Positions 48,684-57,217 of a DNA stretch of 64,000 nucleotides are shown piece by piece. Each line of letters starts with the position of its first letter. The stretch's first letter is position 1. Location of the stretch: NCBI GenBank assembly GCA_021789555.1, contig JAJYJK010000004.1, positions 47,064 through 111,063 on the forward strand, given 5' to 3'. A model generated the notes under the pieces. That model was not told the DNA's origin. It did not search any database and saw only the letters and a program-made list of their open reading frames with translations. The stretch comes from Nitrospirota bacterium. Lineage in GTDB: Bacteria > Nitrospirota > Thermodesulfovibrionia > Thermodesulfovibrionales > JdFR-88. A program made the translations under genes and the position numbers.

Positions 48684-50096
48684 ATGAAAGAGACAGTGGT
48701 TGCCTTGGCCCTTATGGCGATGGTCATCGCCGGTATTGACGGTAAGGGGTGGGCGTTCCACGACGGCGGCGTCGGCGCATGCGACGGATGCCACACGATG
48801 CACAACTCCATCGGCGGCCAGCCGGTGCAGCTCAAAAACGGGGCCGTACCCTCCGCCACCGTGGGCCAGGCGTCCAACGCATACCTGATGAAGGGCACGG
48901 ACCCCAGCTCCACCTGCCTTAATTGCCACCAGGAGACGGGAAACGCGGCCGCCACCGGCCAGTTCATAAGCACCTCCCCGGCGGACATGCCCGCCGGCTA
49001 TCCGCCCATAGAGCTCACCCCCGGAGGGGATTTCGGATGGCTCCAAAAAACATATACATGGGTGTACAGCGGCACGCAGTACACCGACCCGGGCCAAAAC
49101 CACGGGCATAACATCGTCGCGGCCGATTTCAATTACGTGAAGGACTCCACAATCATAACGGCCCCGGGCGGCACATATCCCGCCTCCGCCCTCTCCTGCA
49201 TAAGCTGCCACGACCCCCACGGAAAATACAGGAGAAACTCTGGCGGAAGCATCACAAAGGGCGGGAGCCCCATAATCGGGTCCGGCTCCTACAATACAAG
49301 CCCGACCCCCGCGGCGGGCCAGGCAGTAGGCGTTTACAGGCTCCTGGGAGGCGTTGGATACCAGCCGGGTTATCTGCTGGGCAGTTATGCCTTTAGCTAC
49401 GCCCCGCCGCCCGCCGTCGCCCCATCGGTCTATAACCAGTCGGAGAGCACCTATCCGGTCCGCGTGGCCTACGGCAGCGACGGCTCCAGCAACGGGATGT
49501 CCTTCTGGTGCAGAAACTGCCATCCGAATATACACACCTCCAGCGGCCCGTCGGCGCCCTTGAACGTCTATAATCAAACGTACAGTTTCCCGCAAACCCA
49601 CCCGATTGAGAGCTATTTGAGCATGGGAACAAACAACAATTACAACGCGTATATAGAATCGGGGGTCTACACGGGCACTCAGAGCACATCCTACTGGTCC
49701 ATCGTGCCCTATGAGGAAAACAACTTGAATTACTCGACCCTTGCATCCCACGCAAACAATAACGGCAGCTATCTTACGGGACCGTCAAGCAGCGACTACG
49801 TCTCCTGCATGACCTGCCACAGGGCGCACGCCACGGGATGGGACTACATGCTCCGCTTCAACTATTTGGGCATACCGGACGGCAACCACGGCTGGACCCA
49901 GATCATAGACGACAACAGCGGCGGAGCGGTTTGGCCGGACCCGGTCCTCGACCCTTATAAGGCCATGGGACGCACCACAACGGAAACGCAGCAGGCCTAT
50001 TACGGCAGACCGGCAACCACCTACGCGGCCGTCCAGTACGTCCTGTGCAATAAATGCCATTACGCCGGCATGATGGGCGGGGGCAGCGGCCGGTAA
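48684..50096 (+). CDS. OmcS-like hexahaem c-type cytochrome, copy 2
   Basis: Start at MKETVVALAL; mature FHDGGVGACDGCHTMHNS; six CXXCH; same OmcS motifs, with insertions. Confidence 0.9.
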   Translation: MKETVVALALMAMVIAGIDGKGWAFHDGGVGACDGCHTMHNSIGGQPVQLKNGAVPSATVGQASNAYLMKGTDPSSTCLNCHQETGNAAATGQFISTSPADMPAGYPPIELTPGGDFGWLQKTYTWVYSGTQYTDPGQNHGHNIVAADFNYVKDSTIITAPGGTYPASALSCISCHDPHGKYRRNSGGSITKGGSPIIGSGSYNTSPTPAAGQAVGVYRLLGGVGYQPGYLLGSYAFSYAPPPAVAPSVYNQSESTYPVRVAYGSDGSSNGMSFWCRNCHPNIHTSSGPSAPLNVYNQTYSFPQTHPIESYLSMGTNNNYNAYIESGVYTGTQSTSYWSIVPYEENNLNYSTLASHANNNGSYLTGPSSSDYVSCMTCHRAHATGWDYMLRFNYLGIPDGNHGWTQIIDDNSGGAVWPDPVLDPYKAMGRTTTETQQAYYGRPATTYAAVQYVLCNKCHYAGMMGGGSGR

Positions 50097-50791
50097 CTCC
50101 TCAGCAGGTCCAGGTTTTCCCTTGCGGTTTTTTCCAAAGCCGGGCCGGAAATATCCTTCAGATACGGGAAAATGCCTATTAGCGGGACCCCCGACAGCTC
50201 CCTTATCACCTCGGGGTTTGTGGGCCATGAAGGGTCCTGATCTCCGTCCGCAGGGCCCAGGCGGTTTATTACCACCCCGGCCACCTGGACGCCGGCGTCA
50301 AGCGCGCACCTCACCGTAAGGAGCGTGTGGTTTATCGTCCCCAGGCCGGGCCTCGCCACAACGACGAGCGGAAGCCCCAGTTCCCCCGCCAGATCAAGGA
50401 CGTAAAAATCCCGCCTGATGGGCACAAGCAGGCCGCCTACCCCCTCGACAACGACCGCGTTGTATCTTTTTGCCAGCCCGCCGAAAATCTTTTTTATCCG
50501 CTCGGGCTCGATCCGGACCCCTTCCCTCTCCGCTGCGACCATCGGGGCAAGCGGGGCCTCCAGGGCGTATGGGGTCACAACAGAGATGTCTTCTTCCATC
50601 CCCGCCATCGTCCTCAGAAGAGCCCCGTCCGCGGGCACGAGGACATCGCCCTTCCTCATGCAGCCCGACTCAATTGGCTTCATCGCGCAGACGGAAAGCC
50701 CGGCCCCTTTTAAAAGGCGCACAAGCGCGGCCGAGATGACCGTCTTTCCGACGCCGGTGTCCGTCCCCGTCACAAAAAAACCCTTCGCCAT
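50060..50791 (-). CDS. bioD: Dethiobiotin synthase
   Basis: FVTGTDTGVGKT, MKPIESG, VEGVGG, LGTINHTLL. Confidence 0.95.
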   Translation of the reverse strand: MAKGFFVTGTDTGVGKTVISAALVRLLKGAGLSVCAMKPIESGCMRKGDVLVPADGALLRTMAGMEEDISVVTPYALEAPLAPMVAAEREGVRIEPERIKKIFGGLAKRYNAVVVEGVGGLLVPIRRDFYVLDLAGELGLPLVVVARPGLGTINHTLLTVRCALDAGVQVAGVVINRLGPADGDQDPSWPTNPEVIRELSGVPLIGIFPYLKDISGPALEKTARENLDLLRSYRPLPPPIMPA

Positions 50792-50801
50792 TTTTTCAGA
50801 T

Positions 50802-50999
50802 CCCCTCACCCTCCGCTTCGCTCCTCCCTCTCCCATTGGGAGAGGGTTATGGAACTCCTGCCTTTTGTGAAATCCCCTCCCTGAACAGGGAGGAGATCAG
50901 GGGAGGGTGCAACAGCTTTTCGACCAGCTGGTTTGGCCGTTCGCGGGGGTTTGGGGGAGCATCCCCCAAAAAGATAAAAAGGGCGGGTGGGCGGGTTCC
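50802..50999. repeat. Two BoxC-like copies in inverted orientation plus one family A copy
   Basis: CCCCTCACCC...CCCTCTCCCATTGGGAGAGGG (50802-50846); CCCCTCCCTG...AGGGAGG...GGGGAGGGTG (50875-50909); family A at 50944-50999 (-). Confidence 0.7.
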
Positions 51000-51000
51000 A

Positions 51001-51741
51001 TTATATCCTGCTTTCAATCGAATAGACCTGCCCGGTTACAGATTCCATTTCAAGAAGGCCGGCGATGAAAACGGCAGCCTCCGCGGGGTCTGAAAGCCTT
51101 CCGATGAGGCTCTCTTTTTCCGCCCTCTGCATGGCCCCGGCCGCGGCCGCCCCCATCCGTGTCGGCATATAGCCGGGGAGCACGGCGTTTACCCGGATGT
51201 TGTGCCTCCCAAGCTCCGCCGCCGCTCCGAAGGTAAGCCCGAGGACCGCGGCCTTCGAGGCGCTGTAGGCCGCCTGGCCCCGCTTGCCCTTCAGGCCCGA
51301 GTATGAGGAGACATTTATGATATGCCCGCCGCCACCCTCCGCCATCAATGGGGCAAAGGCCTTTATCGCATTGAAAATACCCGTGAGGTTCACCCTTATG
51401 ACCTCGTCCCACTCCTCGGGCGAGAGTTTTACAAGGAGGTTGTCCTTCGCGATTGCGGCGCAGTTTATGAGGGCATCGAGCCTGCCCCATCGCGCCCGGA
51501 GCGCCTCGGCCATGCCGCGGACCTCCTCAAGCACGCCCACGTCCGCCTGCAGCGCAATGGCCGATGGGCCCAGTTCTTTTACGAGCCTCTCCGCCCCGGC
51601 CCGGTCTTTGTGGAAGTTTACGGCGACCCCGTAGCCCTCCCTGCCGAGGGTCGCGGCCAGGGCGCTCCCAAGCCCCCCTGCGCCGCCCGTGACAAGGGCG
51701 GTCTTCCTTTCAGGCCGCCTTCTCAAGTCCGAAGGCCTCAT
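51001..51741 (-). CDS. Short-chain dehydrogenase/reductase, FabG-like
   Basis: [24 protein letters not shown]; next to bioD. Confidence 0.88.
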   Translation of the reverse strand: MRPSDLRRRPERKTALVTGGAGGLGSALAATLGREGYGVAVNFHKDRAGAERLVKELGPSAIALQADVGVLEEVRGMAEALRARWGRLDALINCAAIAKDNLLVKLSPEEWDEVIRVNLTGIFNAIKAFAPLMAEGGGGHIINVSSYSGLKGKRGQAAYSASKAAVLGLTFGAAAELGRHNIRVNAVLPGYMPTRMGAAAAGAMQRAEKESLIGRLSDPAEAAVFIAGLLEMESVTGQVYSIESRI

Positions 51742-52933
51742 GCAGGGCCCTCACGGCAAGCTCCGTGTATTTGGAATCTATGACACAGGAGACCTTTATC
51801 TCCGAGGTGCTTATCATCATTATGTTTATGCCGTGGTTTGCGAGGGTCTCGAACATCTTCGAGGCCACGCCGGAATGGGTCCTCATGCCGACGCCGACGA
51901 TGGAGACCTTGGATATCTCCTCTTTCACGTCAACGCCCCTGGCGCCGAGGCCGTCGGCCAGCTCCCGGGTTATCTCGACCCCCCTGCGGCTGTCGGTCCG
52001 GGGTATTGTAAAGGAGATGTCCGCCGATTTGCCGTCCGCGCTGATGTTCTGCACTATCATGTCGACCACCAGGCCGGCCCCGGCGATCTCCGAAAAAAGC
52101 CGGCTGGCTATGCCGGGTCTGTCCGGCACCCCAAGCAGGGTCAGCTTGGACTGGTTTTTATCATATGTGACTCCCGAGACCAGGACCTTCTCCATCTCCG
52201 CATCCTCCTTTACGATGTACGTCCCCGGCATGTCGTTGAAGCTGGATTTGACGACGAGCGGCACGTCATATTTCTTTGCGAACTCCACGGAGCGGGTCTG
52301 AAGCACTTTGGCGCCGAGGCTCGCAAGCTCCAGCATCTCCTCGTAGGAGATCTTCTCCAGCTTCCTGGCCTCGGGCACGATGTTCGGGTCCGCGGTGTAG
52401 ACGCCCTCCACGTCCGTGTAAATCTCGCAGAGGTCGGCCTTCAGGGCCGCCGCCAGCGCCACCGCCGTCAGGTCGGAGCCGCCCCTGCCCAGGGTTGTGA
52501 CGTCCTCGTCTTCCGATGAAATCCCCTGGAAACCCGCGACGACGGCCACCTCCCCGCGTTCGAGCGTCTTTCGGAGCCGTTCGGCCGTTATTTTTTCTAT
52601 CTTCGCCCTCGTGTGCGCCTTGTCCGTTATGATGCCGCATTGCCTGCCGGTAAACGACATCGCCTTTATCCCGGTCTCCTGCAGGGCAAGGGCGGTAAGC
52701 GCGGCGCTCACGCGCTCGCCCGAGGACAGCAGCAGGTCCATCTCCCTCTCATCGGGCCTTTTGGCTATCTCCGCGGCCAGCCTTATAAGCCTGTCGGTCT
52801 CGCCGGACATCGCCGAGACGACGACCGCCACCCGCGAGCCGGAGCGCACGCATTTTGCCACCCTATCGGCTACCGCTTTAATTCTTTCCAGGCTGCCTAC
52901 CGAGGTGCCGCCGTATTTTTGGACAATCAGCAT
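51710..52933 (-). CDS. lysC: Aspartate kinase
   Basis: [29 protein letters not shown], two ACT domains. Confidence 0.97.
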   Translation of the reverse strand: MLIVQKYGGTSVGSLERIKAVADRVAKCVRSGSRVAVVVSAMSGETDRLIRLAAEIAKRPDEREMDLLLSSGERVSAALTALALQETGIKAMSFTGRQCGIITDKAHTRAKIEKITAERLRKTLERGEVAVVAGFQGISSEDEDVTTLGRGGSDLTAVALAAALKADLCEIYTDVEGVYTADPNIVPEARKLEKISYEEMLELASLGAKVLQTRSVEFAKKYDVPLVVKSSFNDMPGTYIVKEDAEMEKVLVSGVTYDKNQSKLTLLGVPDRPGIASRLFSEIAGAGLVVDMIVQNISADGKSADISFTIPRTDSRRGVEITRELADGLGARGVDVKEEISKVSIVGVGMRTHSGVASKMFETLANHGINIMMISTSEIKVSCVIDSKYTELAVRALHEAFGLEKAA

Positions 52934-52934
52934 T

Positions 52935-52970
52935 TTACTTTTTATCGGCCCCGTTACTTTTTATCGGCCC
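52935..52970. repeat. 17-bp direct repeat at the apgM-lysC junction
   Basis: TTACTTTTTATCGGCCC at 52935-52951 and 52954-52970. Confidence 0.9.
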
Positions 52971-54211
52971 TGGCCTGCCGTCAAAAAGCGTTTCATTATC
53001 GCGTGGGCGGGGAGTCTCATTATCCCCTCCAGCCTCAGTATCGATTCGTCATAGCGGGCCGCAGCGCCCAGGCCCGGACGGCCCCCCGCTTCGCTGTCGT
53101 ATATCACAAAAGGCACGGGGTCCCTGGAATGGGTCCTGAGCTCTATCGGCGTGGCGTGGTCCGGCATCAAAAGCACCCTGAAGCGGCCGAACTCCGGCAT
53201 ACCGCGCATGACGCCGCCCACCACGAGGGCGTCGAAATCCTCGATTGCCTTTATCTTGTTTTCGATGCTCCCCTCGTGCGAGGCCTCATCCGGGGCCTCC
53301 ACATGGACATAGACAATATCCGCATCCTCGAGGGCGCGCAGGGCGTACTCCGCCTTCCCCGCATAGTTCGTATCGAGGTAGCCCGTCGCGCCGGGGACGT
53401 CTATCACCCGGAGCCCGGCCGATATCGCAAGCCCCTTTGCAAGGTCGACCGCCGAGACCATCGCGCCCTTGATTCCATAGAGCCTGCTGAAATCTGGTAT
53501 CCGCGGTTTCCCCCCCTGCCCCCACAGCCAGATGCTGTTGGCGGGCCTCTTGCCCGCGGCCAGACGCTGCCTGTTTACTGAGTGCCGTTCGAGCAAGTCC
53601 TCGCTGGCGCGCATCAGGCCCCTTATGATGTCCTCGCCCGCGCCGTGCGGCAGGTATTCGCTTATCTCCCTGCCGAGGATATCGTGCGGGGGCGTGCACT
53701 CGAGCGGACGTTTATTGCCGTTTTCACAGGAAGCCGCCTCGCCCATCCAGAGCATCAGGTTGCGATAGCTCACACCCGGATAGAACCTCACCGTCTCCGA
53801 GCCCAGCTCGCGGTTAATATCCCCGATGAGGACGCGCCCCTCCTCCGAGGTGAGCTGTCCGGCGCTGTGGTCTTCCATGTACGCCTTTGTCTTGTCCCTG
53901 TTGAATTTCAGCGTGACCAGGTTGCACCTGAAGGCCACGTCCGCGTCCCGGAGCGGTATGCCCATGCTGGCCGCCTCAAGCGGCGCCCTGCCGGTGTAGT
54001 ATCTCTCCGGGTCGTAGCCCAGGATGCCAAGGTTGGCGACATCCGAGCCGCCCGGCAGCCCCTCCGGAAGGGTCACGGCCCCGCCGGCCATGCCTTCTTT
54101 GGCGAGCCTGTCCATGTTGGGCTTGAATGCGGCCTCAAGCGGGGTCTTGCCGTGGAGTTTTTCGAGCGGCCGGTCCGCCATGCCGTCTCCAATGAGGATG
54201 ACGTATTTCAA
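52961..54211 (-). CDS. apgM: Archaeal-type cofactor-independent phosphoglycerate mutase family protein (proposed homoserine kinase when in thr clusters)
   Basis: [37 protein letters not shown]. Confidence 0.85.
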   Translation of the reverse strand: MKYVILIGDGMADRPLEKLHGKTPLEAAFKPNMDRLAKEGMAGGAVTLPEGLPGGSDVANLGILGYDPERYYTGRAPLEAASMGIPLRDADVAFRCNLVTLKFNRDKTKAYMEDHSAGQLTSEEGRVLIGDINRELGSETVRFYPGVSYRNLMLWMGEAASCENGNKRPLECTPPHDILGREISEYLPHGAGEDIIRGLMRASEDLLERHSVNRQRLAAGKRPANSIWLWGQGGKPRIPDFSRLYGIKGAMVSAVDLAKGLAISAGLRVIDVPGATGYLDTNYAGKAEYALRALEDADIVYVHVEAPDEASHEGSIENKIKAIEDFDALVVGGVMRGMPEFGRFRVLLMPDHATPIELRTHSRDPVPFVIYDSEAGGRPGLGAAARYDESILRLEGIMRLPAHAIMKRFLTAGQGR

Positions 54212-55272
54212 AGTATCCTCTCTATTATCTTCCGTACGACGCCTATTTCGTTTTCGACCTTCGCAAGCTCGCCCGGCAATGCCTTGAAGACCGAATCCGG
54301 GTCCTTGAGCCCGTGCCCCGTGAGGGTGCAGACCACGCGGTCGCCGGGGCTGAAGAAACCCTCCCTGCCCAGTTTAAGCACGCCCGCGATGCTGGCCGCG
54401 CTGGCCGGCTCGCAAAAAATCCCCTCGGCGCCGGCCACAAGGCGGTAGGCCTCCAGTATCTCCTCATCCGTCACCGCCGCTATCCTGCCGCCTGACTCCG
54501 CTATGGCGTTTTCCGCCCCCTTCCAGCTTGCGGGGTTTCCGATGCGAATGGCGGTGGCGATCGTCTCGGGGCGTTCGACCGGCCTGCCGATGACTATAGG
54601 GGCCGCTCCCGCCGCCTGGAACCCGAGCATCCGCGGAAGTCTGCCGATCCTGCCCCCCCTTTTGTATTCATTATATCCCTTCCAGTACGCCGTGATATTG
54701 CCGGCGTTGCCGACCGGCAGGGCATGGAAGGAGGGCGCGTCGCCCAGGGCGTCGGCGACTTCGAAGGCGGCCGTCTTCTGCCCCTCTATCCTGAAGGGGT
54801 TTATCGAATTGACAAGCTTTACGGGGTAGTCTTCGACGATTTTTTTCACGAGGGCAAGCGCGCTGTCGAAATTCCCCTTGACCTGCAGGACGTGCGCCCC
54901 GTGTATTATCGCCTGGGCCAGCTTTCCGAAGGCTATCTTGCCTTCCGGTATGAGCACTATGGCCTTCATTCCGGCCCTCGCCGCGTAAGCGGCCGCGGCG
55001 GCCGAGGTATTGCCGGTGGAGGCGCATATCACCGCCCTGCCGCCCTCCTCCAGGGCCTTCGGGATGGCCACGGCCATCCCCCTGTCCTTGAACGAGCCGG
55101 TGGGGTTGGCGCCGTCGAACTTCAGATAGAGCTCTATGGGCAGAGCGAACCTCTCCGGAAGGTGGACCGCCTTTACAAGCGGCGTGCCGCCCTCCAGCAG
55201 CGTAACGGACGGAGTTTTTTCGCTTACGGGAAGGTATTCCCCGTATTGGCGTACAATCCCTTTCCAGGCCAT
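54208..55272 (-). CDS. thrC: Threonine synthase
   Basis: [38 protein letters not shown]. Confidence 0.95.
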   Translation of the reverse strand: MAWKGIVRQYGEYLPVSEKTPSVTLLEGGTPLVKAVHLPERFALPIELYLKFDGANPTGSFKDRGMAVAIPKALEEGGRAVICASTGNTSAAAAAYAARAGMKAIVLIPEGKIAFGKLAQAIIHGAHVLQVKGNFDSALALVKKIVEDYPVKLVNSINPFRIEGQKTAAFEVADALGDAPSFHALPVGNAGNITAYWKGYNEYKRGGRIGRLPRMLGFQAAGAAPIVIGRPVERPETIATAIRIGNPASWKGAENAIAESGGRIAAVTDEEILEAYRLVAGAEGIFCEPASAASIAGVLKLGREGFFSPGDRVVCTLTGHGLKDPDSVFKALPGELAKVENEIGVVRKIIERIL

Positions 55273-55302
55273 TTTTTATTTCTATCCTGCTATGCCGCCC
55301 TT

Positions 55303-55539
55303 TTATTCAACTATATCGCCTTCGACAAGCTCCACCTGGACGCCCTGCGACTTCAGATAATCGATGCCCCTGGCCAGGTCCTCATCGCGGCCCTCCAGCT
55401 CCAGCACCATCTCGCCCACGGTCTCGGTCACACGGGCGCGCCTTATATTGGGCATCACGCCGAACTGCTTTGCCATCCTGAAGATGACCGGCTCTTTTAT
55501 GAGATGCTGAGGAAACGTAAGCTTAACCCTTGTCTTCAT
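55303..55539 (-). CDS. NIL domain protein
   Basis: LTFP...EPVI, NIRRA.V, GEMVLELEG. Confidence 0.8.
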   Translation of the reverse strand: MKTRVKLTFPQHLIKEPVIFRMAKQFGVMPNIRRARVTETVGEMVLELEGRDEDLARGIDYLKSQGVQVELVEGDIVE

Positions 55540-55543
55540 CTTG

Positions 55544-55822
55544 TCATTGCCTCCCGCCCGCGATGGCGGGCACTATGGACAGCTCATCGCCGTCTTTGAC
55601 CGCCGTGTTTTCGCCCTGGAGGAAGCGGATGTCCTCCTCGTTCACGTAAATGTTGACGAACCTCCTGATCTTGCCCCCCTCGGATATCCTCTCTGCAATG
55701 CCGGGGAACGCTTTATCGAGCGCGCCAACTATGTCGATGACCTTGCCGGGCGCGGTTTCGACTTCAGCCTTCCCGCCGGTGACCCTCTGCAGCGGGGTCG
55801 GGATCCTCACCTTGACGGACAT
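55544..55822 (-). CDS. MoaD/ThiS/CysO-like sulfur carrier with a masked C-terminus (GG-RQ)
   Basis: VRIPTPL, RRFVNIYVN.EDIR, SIVPAIAGGRQ. Confidence 0.9.
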   Translation of the reverse strand: MSVKVRIPTPLQRVTGGKAEVETAPGKVIDIVGALDKAFPGIAERISEGGKIRRFVNIYVNEEDIRFLQGENTAVKDGDELSIVPAIAGGRQ

Positions 55823-55823
55823 C

Positions 55824-57074
55824 TTACATCACCTCCCCTTTGTGAGAAATGCCTTTAAGCACATCCTCGAAGGATGCCAGATTCGGTTTTATGCGGTGCA
55901 CCGTGGCCGTATGCCCGGCGAGCGCCTCCTGGGTCTTCAGCCCGTTGCCCGTTATGCAGACCACGGTGCTCGAGTCCCTGTCTATCCTGCCGTCCTCCAC
56001 GAGCTTCTTCGTGGCGGCAAGCGTGACCCCGCCCGCCGTCTCGGCAAAGACGCCCTCCGTCGCGGCCAGCAGTTTTATCGCCCCAATCAGCTCGATGTCG
56101 GATACGTCCTCGCCGCCGCCGCCGGTCTCCCGCACCACCGCCCCGGCGTAATAGCCGTCCGCAGGGTTGCCGATGGCAAGGGATTTCGCCACCGTATCGG
56201 GCTTCACCGGACGGATGACCTCGGTGCCCTTCTTTATGGCGGCAACGATGGGCGAGCACCCGGTGGCCTGGGCCGCGAAGACCTTCGTCGGGAGGGCGTC
56301 GATGAGCCCTATCATCTTCGCCTCCTTGAAACTCTTCCATATCTTCGTAAGCAGAGAGCCGCTGGCGCAGGGAATCACCACGTTGTCCGGGGCCTTCCAG
56401 CCGAGCTGCTCCAGGACCTCGAAGCCGAGCGTCTTTGAGCCTTCGGCGTAGTAGGGCCTTATGTTTATGTTGACGAAGGCCCATTTGTACTTGTTGGCTA
56501 TCTCGCTGCAGAGCCGGTTGACGTCGTCGTAATTGCCGTCGACGGCGATCAGGTTGGGCGAATACACGATGGAGGCCGTTATCTTGCTTTGCTCAAGCGA
56601 CGCCGGTATGAAGACGAACCGTTTCAGGCCGGAGCGCGCCCCCAGGGCCGATACCGAGTGGGCCAGGTTGCCCGTCGAGGCGCAGGCCACGGTGTCGAAC
56701 CCGAACTCCAGGGCCTTGGTCAGCGCCACCGAGACCACCCTGTCCTTGAACGAGAGCGTCGGGTGCATCACCGTATCGTCTTTTATATAGAGCTCCCTCA
56801 CACCGAGGGCCTTTGCCAGGTTGTCCGCCTTCAGCAGGGGCGTGAACCCGGAGTTGAACCCCACCCGGGGCTCTCCGTCGATGGGCAGCAGCTCCCTGTA
56901 GCGCCAGAGGTTTTTCGGCCTCTCCTCTATGCGCCGCCTGTCCAGGACACGTCCGATGCCCTCATAGTCATAGACGACCTCCAGGGGGCCGAAGCAAAAT
57001 TCGCATACGTAAATAGGCTCCACGGGGTATTCCCGCGAGCACTCCCGGCATCTGAGGGCCTTCACGTAACCCAT
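55824..57074 (-). CDS. Threonine-synthase-like PLP enzyme with an N-terminal Zn ribbon (second paralogue)
   Basis: ATG 57074 after AAGGAGG; CREC...CEFC; PTLSFKDR, ASTGNLA, LAIGNPADG, TGNGLKT. Confidence 0.85.
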   Translation of the reverse strand: MGYVKALRCRECSREYPVEPIYVCEFCFGPLEVVYDYEGIGRVLDRRRIEERPKNLWRYRELLPIDGEPRVGFNSGFTPLLKADNLAKALGVRELYIKDDTVMHPTLSFKDRVVSVALTKALEFGFDTVACASTGNLAHSVSALGARSGLKRFVFIPASLEQSKITASIVYSPNLIAVDGNYDDVNRLCSEIANKYKWAFVNINIRPYYAEGSKTLGFEVLEQLGWKAPDNVVIPCASGSLLTKIWKSFKEAKMIGLIDALPTKVFAAQATGCSPIVAAIKKGTEVIRPVKPDTVAKSLAIGNPADGYYAGAVVRETGGGGEDVSDIELIGAIKLLAATEGVFAETAGGVTLAATKKLVEDGRIDRDSSTVVCITGNGLKTQEALAGHTATVHRIKPNLASFEDVLKGISHKGEVM

Positions 57075-57179
57075 CGCGCACCTCCTTTCAGGCAAGATAT
57101 CTCGATATTTTACTCCAACCATGCCGATTTTTAAAGTATTGCCGGGCTTTTTTTTCGCCGCCGGGTAAAAGCGCCTCAT

Positions 57180-57208
57180 TTGACAAAAGCCCCCACGCCC
57201 CGGATAAT
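57180..57208 (+). promoter_or_regulatory. Putative sigma70 promoter of the MFS gene
   Basis: TTGACA-N17-GATAAT, 9 nt before GTG 57218. Confidence 0.65.
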
Positions 57209-57217
57209 AAATAGTAA

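Noticed and set aside
57075-57217. SAM riboswitch before the thrC-like gene
   Set aside because: No ATCnAGAG/GCAACC/GTGC core; the region fits divergent promoters.
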